Positions 8,015-13,700 of a stretch of DNA of 13,700 nt are shown here, piece after piece. This DNA comes from a virus. How positions within the stretch are numbered: the stretch's first letter is position 1; every line of letters starts with the position of its first letter. The stretch lies in the UHGV virus genome UHGV-1812412. The stretch is one strand, 5' to 3'. Position numbers and translations under genes: made by a program. The notes beneath the pieces were generated by a model, which was given only the letters and a program-made list of their open reading frames with translations, ran no database searches and had not been told where the DNA came from.

Positions 8015-8339
8015 AATCACATAAGTTATTGAGTTTATTAGAAAAAGTGATTCACCTATATATACTACTGATTCGCCTCCGCTCATCATTAGTATGGTGT
8101 AACTGATTCATGCTTCGCTTACGCTCACATTCATCTACTTACACCCCCTTATCTGAATTGAACATTCCCGTCCAATCCAGCTAAGAGAATTGATTGAACA
8201 TTACCTAACATCCGTTAGCTAACATTCTAATCAATTAACTACTTAATCACTTCCACACCTTCCGGTGGTGCCAAGTGTCCTGGCATGGTGGGAAAAGATT
8301 CTGCCGTTTTAGGTAGAATTGATTTCCCACAAATAGTAA

Positions 8340-8660
8340 GTGTCGGCCCTTCAATGTCACTCTCCTATGAGGGGGAGAGATGACGGGCCTCCTGTGTGGG
8401 TGAGTATCGGAGCAGTCTGTGAAGTATGAGCAGGCTGTGAGATACGCTACTGTATATCTGCGTAGAACAGCCTCCGCTGTTTACGCTCTTTGTGTGGGTC
8501 CGGCGAATGCGACAGCATGAGGCCCACATGTGGACCGCTGCCGAAAGCTTGCCAGCGCCGGAAGGAGGCGGCAAAGAGTCTCCCGCGCGGTTGTAGGTCC
8601 GCGCCGGACTTTAACTTACAGTTAAACCCTTCGGGCTTGTGCGGGTGCACGCACACATAT
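8340..8660. other. GC-rich, hairpin-dense non-coding island, candidate structured RNA or DNA processing site
   Basis: Sharp rise in GC relative to AT-rich flanks. Local stems include TCTCC/GGAGA (8361-8379), GCGCGG/CCGCGC (8585-8604), TTTAAC/GTTAAA (8609-8625) and GTGCG/CGCAC (8639-8654). The only ORFs are two overlapping Arg/Pro/Ser-rich minus-strand frames without RBS. Confidence 0.3.
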
Positions 8661-8843
8661 ATATAAAGGATACACTCATAAATCGAAAATAAGCGCGATT
8701 TTAGCGCCTACAGCGAGATAAACTATACTCCCTAGTGTAATTGCATTACCTGATGCTTAAATCGCGTTGTAGGGCCTCTCATGAGGTTTGAGTTTAACAC
8801 CCTCCAAAGTTTTAACAAAAAGTGCTCTCCCTCCATTGTGGGC

Positions 8844-9013
8844 CATTGACAATCTTATTGCATAAATGCTATAAGTTATTCTGATTTTGACACGGTAGGG
8901 GCCATTAATAATGCTTACCCCTTTGCTGTGGACTTGCTTGTGTCTGCTGTGCAGGCTATGGCACCTATAGCTCGCCTAAATGATAATGATTCCTATTGAC
9001 AATTGGTTGTCAA
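8844..9013 (+). promoter_or_regulatory. Operator-like 9-bp palindromes ATTGACAAT overlapping -35-like TTGACA hexamers; candidate tandem promoters
   Basis: ATTGACAAT at 8844-8852 and 8995-9003; the second is part of an 18-bp dyad TTGACAA-TTGG-TTGTCAA (8996-9013). Possible promoters: TTGACA 8846-8851 + 18 nt + TATAAG 8870-8875; TTGACA 8996-9001 + 17 nt + TAAGAT 9019-9024. Confidence 0.4.
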
Positions 9014-9059
9014 TATGATAAGATTATAGATAGTGGGAGAAACAGATCCGGAGGTCAAC

Positions 9060-9209
9060 GTGGAACTGAGCGACGCTATAGCGATCATCAACCTGGCTGT
9101 ACTGTGGTGCGGTGTTGCCTACATAGCCGGAGTAACTGCAATCGACAACCTTGAAGAAAAAATGATAGATAAATACAAAAAGATTGTTGACAATCTCGCA
9201 AATAGCTGA
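9060..9209 (+). CDS. Small hydrophobic protein, 49 aa, GTG start
   Basis: GGAGG at 9050-9054, 5 nt before the GTG at 9060; product MELSDAIAIINLAVLWCGVAYIAGVTAIDNLEEKMIDKYKKIVDNLANS has one predicted transmembrane helix. Not in the supplied ORF track (below the length cutoff). Confidence 0.35.
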   Translation: MELSDAIAIINLAVLWCGVAYIAGVTAIDNLEEKMIDKYKKIVDNLANS

Positions 9210-9215
9210 TAAAAT
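9182..9215 (+). promoter_or_regulatory. Sigma70-type promoter with an operator dyad over the -35
   Basis: -35 TTGACA (9187-9192), 17-nt spacer, -10 TAAAAT (9210-9215); dyad GATTGT-TG-ACAATC (9182-9195) overlaps the -35 and shares the TTGACAAT core with the upstream palindromes. Confidence 0.5.
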
Positions 9216-9263
9216 ATAAATCATAGGGTAATTCTCAGCATGTGAATTTTCCTTAAACAGACT

Positions 9264-9295
9264 AGCGGGGCTTGTCTTGAGTCCCGTTTCTTTTT
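9264..9295 (+). terminator. Promoter-proximal hairpin plus U-tract (attenuator or 3' end of a short RNA)
   Basis: CGGGGC (9266-9271) pairs with GTCCCG (9281-9286), with one G-U pair, around a 9-nt loop, followed by TTTCTTTTT (9287-9295). Sits about 50 nt after the predicted start site and 44 nt before the next ATG. Confidence 0.5.
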
Positions 9296-9338
9296 AAACC
9301 TACATCGCACAGGCGGTGAGCCAACAGGAGATTGAATC

Positions 9339-9548
9339 ATGGCTAAAACTGGACCGATCAGCCAGCTGGTAGACTGGACTACTGACGAAATCGTCGAGAA
9401 CGTGCTTAAAGGTAACTTTCGAAAAACTTCTGTTTATGCATTTATTCGAAAACACAAAGGAGAATATCCACACATTGAAGCGGCAATAGAAAAACTTAAC
9501 TTTATTAAACTTGAGCGCCAGCTGGAAAGATATAAACACCTACTTTGA
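9339..9548 (+). CDS. Small protein, 69 aa, possibly DNA-binding
   Basis: AGGAG at 9326-9330, 8 nt before the ATG; first gene after the promoter/attenuator. No family recognised. Confidence 0.6.
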   Translation: MAKTGPISQLVDWTTDEIVENVLKGNFRKTSVYAFIRKHKGEYPHIEAAIEKLNFIKLERQLERYKHLL

Positions 9549-9584
9549 TAAAAGGTAACCGTAACCCGGTAAGAGGTAAACATT

Positions 9585-10454
9585 ATGAATATTAAGTCTG
9601 TTTTTAATATAACTTTAAATGATGATCCTAGTATCCTTTTGCTGCCTATGCTCATAAACAAATCTGGACTATTAAAAAAAGGCGACGCAAGGGATATTTA
9701 TATTTATATGTGGAATATTTACTATCTCAACGCTAAAAAAGAGGCCGCCAAGGTGTTCAGTAAGAAGACTAAAGGAAGAAGCCTCAGTCAGGATATGAAA
9801 GATTCCATAAGAAAAGAATGTTTTGCAATTAATGATAAAGATTCCTGTGTGGAAATCTCTTATAAGGATATAGAGGAAAGAGTAGGAATATTACGACCAC
9901 ACGCAGTAAGGGCAATTAAAAAGCTGGAATCTGAAGGAATTATCACCTGCCTTAAAAAAGGCAATAAGCATAACCCTTATGCATCATGGCAAATTAATGT
10001 CGGAATCTTTGAAATGATGGAAAGAGTAGGGATTGAAAACCTCATTGGGTGGGATCTCTTAAAACCATATTGGAAGAAAGAACAGGAAGCAGCCGGAAGA
10101 GGGGAGGGGGATAAAGCCCCGCAAGAAGCCCCAAAACAGGCCGCACAGCAAGCTAAAAAGGCCGAGGTGGTGCAGTTCCCTTCTACGAAAGATAAGAGCG
10201 TCAGAATCGAGCGTAGCTCTCATCCTGAAAGTGTGACAACGTCACCTGTTAAGACAAACAATGAAGGGCCAGTGAAAGAGATACCCAAAATTATAGACAT
10301 TTCTTCTTTTATGGCAGATGAGGAAGATATGCAAGATGAGTGGTGGACACCTCCAGAAAATAATGATTATGGTTATGATCCTTATGGCTATGATGAAGAT
10401 GAATATAGCCCGTTTGAAGATGAATATATAAATGATTCCGCTATCCCTTATTAA
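9585..10454 (+). CDS. Winged-helix DNA-binding protein, 289 aa, with a Lys/Ala/Gln-rich linker and an acidic, aromatic C-terminal tail; candidate replication initiator or regulator
   Basis: AAGAGGT 7 nt before the ATG. Segment ISYKDIEERVGILRPHAVRAIKKLESEGIITC has the classic winged-helix pattern seen in replication initiators and MarR-like regulators; C-terminus DEEDMQDEWWTPPENNDYGYDPYGYDEDEYSPFEDEY. Function inferred. Confidence 0.75.
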   Translation: MNIKSVFNITLNDDPSILLLPMLINKSGLLKKGDARDIYIYMWNIYYLNAKKEAAKVFSKKTKGRSLSQDMKDSIRKECFAINDKDSCVEISYKDIEERVGILRPHAVRAIKKLESEGIITCLKKGNKHNPYASWQINVGIFEMMERVGIENLIGWDLLKPYWKKEQEAAGRGEGDKAPQEAPKQAAQQAKKAEVVQFPSTKDKSVRIERSSHPESVTTSPVKTNNEGPVKEIPKIIDISSFMADEEDMQDEWWTPPENNDYGYDPYGYDEDEYSPFEDEYINDSAIPY

Positions 10455-10542
10455 TACCCCCAAATAAACTAAATAAACTAAACATAGAATTACTAGAACT
10501 AGATTGATTGCCCTGATCTTTTAAACGTTCGGAGAATTAATC

Positions 10543-11028
10543 ATGTTCAAATCTGATCTTTCTGATTCCCAATTTGAAAAACTGGTAGCACTGCAGAAAT
10601 ATCTCCCCAGTGATGATCAACCAACACGACAGGCCAAACACTTATTAGTCGAGGGCTTTACCCCTGAATTCGTAGCGGAATATACAGGCGTTAAACTTGA
10701 GAAAGTCCAAAAACTATATAATGAGTCCTGGAATCCACGGTGTCGAGTTCCCCTCAGTGTCTATAACGAAATAGATAGAGATAAAAATGTCTTCGAAGAT
10801 CGCCGCCGCAAATCTCTTTTAATGTGGAATTGCGGGATGAATATTGAAGAGATAGCAAAAGAATTAAAAGTAACCTGCTTTCATATTTGGGGCTTGTTGA
10901 GTGAAATCCTGCCACGTAAGGAGCTTAATCAACGTTTGCCTAAGCCCGGTAGTCGTGCTTATCGCGAATTTATATTCATCTACCGCCGCCATAGCAATAA
11001 AGTCCGGAAAGCAATGCAGCGCAAATAG
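10543..11028 (+). CDS. Hypothetical protein, 161 aa, with two HTH-like segments and a basic C-terminus
   Basis: GGAGA 7 nt before the ATG; HTH-like segments FTPEFVAEYTGVKLEKVQKLY and MNIEEIAKELKVTCFHIWGLL. Could be a small terminase subunit-like or regulatory protein; not resolved. Confidence 0.7.
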   Translation: MFKSDLSDSQFEKLVALQKYLPSDDQPTRQAKHLLVEGFTPEFVAEYTGVKLEKVQKLYNESWNPRCRVPLSVYNEIDRDKNVFEDRRRKSLLMWNCGMNIEEIAKELKVTCFHIWGLLSEILPRKELNQRLPKPGSRAYREFIFIYRRHSNKVRKAMQRK

Positions 11029-11116
11029 CTTATAGCCTTCACATATGCCGCAAGTTATTGATTCTGCCGTCCGGTAAATATGCCGGATGGCTCATATAAA
11101 TTTTAAGGAATTCCAA

Positions 11117-11560
11117 ATGTCTCAAATCGCTAAATTACTATCCCAGGTTATCAAAGCTATCGACGCTGAAGATTCAAAAGTTCGCCAGGATCTTTTAGAT
11201 GGCAAGTTTACCAATACTCTGGCATTTACCCGTGACAAAGAGCACTTCTTAGAGCACAAACATCCCGCCTTTGTTGAATGCAAGTCCGCTAATGGTGATG
11301 TTTTCTATGTCGATTTGGTGGTTATGGCTATGCGCCTGTGGATGATTCAGGACCTTATGCGCCAACACGGTGATGATCCTCTTATCAGCATGTGGAACAG
11401 CGCCCAGGATGGCTTTGTGATTGCTGCCTTATCCAAATCCATGATTGAGGCAGAAGGCGCAAGCCTTCAAAACATGGCAGATCTCTTTGAAATAAGCGTA
11501 GGAATGATGCAGACCATGCTGCAGGCGGTGAAGCCTCTCAAGCTGGTTAACCTTGAATAA
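11117..11560 (+). CDS. Hypothetical protein, 147 aa
   Basis: ORF track begins at an ATG at 11087 with no RBS; the in-frame ATG at 11117 has AAGGAA 6 nt upstream. Followed by a terminator. Confidence 0.65.
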   Translation: MSQIAKLLSQVIKAIDAEDSKVRQDLLDGKFTNTLAFTRDKEHFLEHKHPAFVECKSANGDVFYVDLVVMAMRLWMIQDLMRQHGDDPLISMWNSAQDGFVIAALSKSMIEAEGASLQNMADLFEISVGMMQTMLQAVKPLKLVNLE

Positions 11561-11571
11561 TTGATTAATAA

Positions 11572-11606
11572 GCACCCTCAAAAAATGGGGGTGCCTTTAT
11601 TTATCT
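11572..11606 (+). terminator. Rho-independent terminator
   Basis: GCACCC (11572-11577) / GGGTGC (11589-11594) stem followed by the T-rich run CTTTATTTATCTT. Confidence 0.6.
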
Positions 11607-11638
11607 TACTTTTCACGTTTATCTAAAAGGATATGCCT

Positions 11639-12022
11639 ATGAATATTGAAGAAATGATAGTTGAATTCGATGATGGTGATTTCCTGGAAGATGGGGAGTT
11701 TAAATACTCCCGTTTTAAACAGGCGTTATTTAGCAGCGATGATAAACCCCACGTTAGTGATCTAAATGACGATGATTTATGTCGCTGGGTATGCACCCGC
11801 TTATATGAGGATGGAAAATATACAGGCCAAAACTTTCCAAATCTCTATTTCAAAGCACAAACATTTGAGGAAGGGCAAAGAGTGAAAAACCTGGTCGATA
11901 AAATGCTGTCAGCCGGATATTTGCATAAAGAATTATTAAATCCTAAAGCTGAAAGCAAGCGCCATTATATTTTTGTGTGGACTATTGGCGATAAGTGTCC
12001 ACTAAGACGCAAAGGCAAATGA
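11639..12022 (+). CDS. Acidic protein, 127 aa, in the position of a tail assembly chaperone
   Basis: ATG at 11639 has AAGGA 8 nt upstream (the ATG at 11633 is too close to it). Product is strongly acidic at the N-terminus; sits two genes upstream of the tape measure gene, as gpG-like chaperones do. Inferred from position and composition. Confidence 0.55.
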   Translation: MNIEEMIVEFDDGDFLEDGEFKYSRFKQALFSSDDKPHVSDLNDDDLCRWVCTRLYEDGKYTGQNFPNLYFKAQTFEEGQRVKNLVDKMLSAGYLHKELLNPKAESKRHYIFVWTIGDKCPLRRKGK

Positions 12023-12023
12023 T

Positions 12024-12209
12024 ATGAATACCTACGAAAAGATTTATCAAAAATTAAAAAGTGATAACAATGCTCCCGTCATCAAGGGCGGGGCTTCTTC
12101 CTCTGGTGACCTCTCAATCGAAGAGCTTGCGGAGAAATATAATATTGATAAAGAGGCCCTGAAAAGGGCTATTTCATTATCAAAATCTTTAAGACAGGGC
12201 GAGGTGTAA
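12024..12209 (+). CDS. Small protein, 61 aa, immediately upstream of the tape measure gene
   Basis: ATG 1 nt after the stop of the preceding gene (TGA-t-ATG); ends 3 nt before the tape measure ATG. Could be independent or the extension part of a frameshifted chaperone. Confidence 0.45.
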   Translation: MNTYEKIYQKLKSDNNAPVIKGGASSSGDLSIEELAEKYNIDKEALKRAISLSKSLRQGEV

Positions 12210-12212
12210 GAG

Positions 12213-13700
12213 ATGGCAATGAAGGAAGTCGCCAGACTAACAAACGTTATTTACTGGGATTCTGATAAATCCAGCTGGCGAAAAGAAGTTAAACGGCTTG
12301 AGGATTATAAAAAATCCTGGAAGAAAGCCACCGACGATATAGCTAAAGCTGATTTTAAATCTAATCAGGCTGTGCTCAGAACACAAAGAACACGCGCTAA
12401 GGTGGAAGAGCAGATTGCCAGAGCTCAGAGGAAACAACAGGAAGCACAGAAGAAACAACGTGCTCAGGCTGTCAGCCGTCTGACCGGGGGCAACAATGCC
12501 GAACTTAACTCTATGCGCAAGTTCTATCAGCAGCAAGCCAGAGAGGCCGCCAGACAACAAAAACTGTTAGATCGTAGTGTTGGAGATGTTCAGCACAGAA
12601 AAGCACGTGTAGGGGCCAACAGTGCACGAATTAGCGGCATGTTTGATGGCTCTATCGTCTCCCAGTTCCAGGGGCGCATTCAAAGAGTTAATGCTGATTA
12701 TGCTAAAGGGGCTATAAACCTGCAGACCTATAATCAGAGGATGGCTCGGCTCAGAGCTGAAATGAAGATGGCAACAGCAGAGGCCGGAAAATTTCAGAGC
12801 AGACTGGATAAACTGGCATCAGGTGCCAGCAAGGTGCATGACAACCTGGGCAAAATCAACTCCACACTAGGCAAGATAGCCATTGGCCTTACTGCCGCTG
12901 GCTGGGGTGTTCAGCGTGCTGTTAGTGGTGCTATGGGTAGCCTTGCAGATCGCAACAGTGCCTACTTCGGTTTAATGGCTCAGAACAAGGATGATAAAGC
13001 CAAGACTGATCAGCAGATGGCTTTTATCAAGAACACAGCCTACACCTATGGGATGGATGAGCGGGAGATGCAAGGGGGCTACATGCGCTTTGCTGCAGCT
13101 ACTCCCACCATGAAGGAATCTGATAAGCAGGCTCTTTTTGAGGCTATGGCTATTAAAGGTCGCTCAGTGGGTGCTACTGGCGAGCAACAGAACAGGGCGC
13201 TTGTTGCGGTCCAACAAATGGCTTCAAAGGGAAAAGTTATGGCAGAAGAGCTGCGGGGCCAACTGTCAGAAGCCTTTGCAGGCTCACAACAGGATTTTCA
13301 ACAGGCCGCTATTGATGCCGGAATCATCAAGAATGCCCAGGAATTCGATAAAGCCCTTAAAGATGGCAAAATCACCCTGGACAAACTTCTTCCTTCTCTG
13401 GTGAAAATCTGGGGTGCAGCAAAAGAAACTAAAGCTTTTGCTGAATCCATGAAACAACCGGAAGTAGCACTGCAGCGCATGAAAAACAGCTTTAACGAGC
13501 TGGCGATTCAGTTTATGGGTGTTGTGGATCCTGCGGATGGCGTTATTAGCTTATCTGAATCTCTGATCTCCATCTTCGAAGACCTCACCACTGATATGGA
13601 CGGCAGCGGGAGCGCGGCAAAACAGTTCGGTGAGGCAGTCGGGGCTGCCATGCGTGAGATCATGTATTGGGTAGGCTTCGCTAAGGGATATATTGAGGTC
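12213..13700 (+). CDS. Partial CDS (3' end outside window): N-terminal part of a phage tail tape measure protein
   Basis: ATG at 12213 with GAGGTG 7 nt upstream; frame stays open to the window edge (496 codons). Missing from the supplied ORF track because it has no stop in the window. Coiled-coil N-terminus, then NRALVAVQQMASKGKVMAEELRGQLSEAF, which matches the conserved tape-measure domain pattern. Confidence 0.8.
   Translation, partial: MAMKEVARLTNVIYWDSDKSSWRKEVKRLEDYKKSWKKATDDIAKADFKSNQAVLRTQRTRAKVEEQIARAQRKQQEAQKKQRAQAVSRLTGGNNAELNSMRKFYQQQAREAARQQKLLDRSVGDVQHRKARVGANSARISGMFDGSIVSQFQGRIQRVNADYAKGAINLQTYNQRMARLRAEMKMATAEAGKFQSRLDKLASGASKVHDNLGKINSTLGKIAIGLTAAGWGVQRAVSGAMGSLADRNSAYFGLMAQNKDDKAKTDQQMAFIKNTAYTYGMDEREMQGGYMRFAAATPTMKESDKQALFEAMAIKGRSVGATGEQQNRALVAVQQMASKGKVMAEELRGQLSEAFAGSQQDFQQAAIDAGIIKNAQEFDKALKDGKITLDKLLPSLVKIWGAAKETKAFAESMKQPEVALQRMKNSFNELAIQFMGVVDPADGVISLSESLISIFEDLTTDMDGSGSAAKQFGEAVGAAMREIMYWVGFAKGYIEV

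Noticed and set aside
8365-8656. Two overlapping minus-strand ORFs (69 aa each) in the GC-rich island
   Set aside because: Arg/Pro/Ser/Cys-rich products, mutual overlap in different frames and no RBS; more likely a by-product of GC-rich structured DNA than real genes.
9024-9539. Minus-strand ORFs 9024..9224 and 9300..9539
   Set aside because: They run antisense through the promoter/attenuator and the 69-aa gene; no RBS and poor composition.
11087-11116. Upstream ATG at 11087 as start of the 147-aa gene
   Set aside because: No Shine-Dalgarno sequence, whereas the ATG at 11117 has AAGGAA at the ideal distance.
1-13700. Insertion sequence, transposon or integrase-bounded island
   Set aside because: No transposase or integrase-like ORF and no terminal inverted repeats bracketing a segment; the only recombinase-like feature is a stand-alone HTH without a catalytic domain.

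Overview
This window reads as a phage-derived, mosaic locus rather than ordinary chromosome. All functional names come from motif-level reading of the translations; no database or HMM search was possible. Left (1-4401): the 3' end of a tape-measure-like gene runs in from upstream on the + strand, followed by a convergent minus-strand block of five genes. The most recognisable of these are a lambda gpE-like major capsid protein and a small decoration-like protein, but no portal, protease or terminase is adjacent. Centre (4402-9338): an unusually gene-poor ~5 kb region. It holds a 1 kb structured non-coding stretch, then a compact plus-strand cassette of two hydrophobic micro-ORFs, a resolvase-type HTH protein and a membrane protein with a Gly-rich tail. 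After that comes ~3 kb with no credible ORF, carrying a five-copy 17-bp iteron array, three phased 26-bp repeats, a C-run/G-run tract, a ~320 bp GC-rich structured island and a family of ATTGnCAAT palindromes overlapping -35-like hexamers. Right (9339-13700): a rightward operon of small proteins (69 aa, a 289 aa winged-helix protein with an acidic aromatic tail, 161 aa, 147 aa, an acidic 127 aa, 61 aa) ending in the 5' part of a tape measure gene that leaves the window. No rRNA, tRNA, CRISPR array, integrase or transposase was recognised. The best candidates for something undescribed are the central cassette (5190-6322) and the long non-coding origin/operator region (6292-9338).
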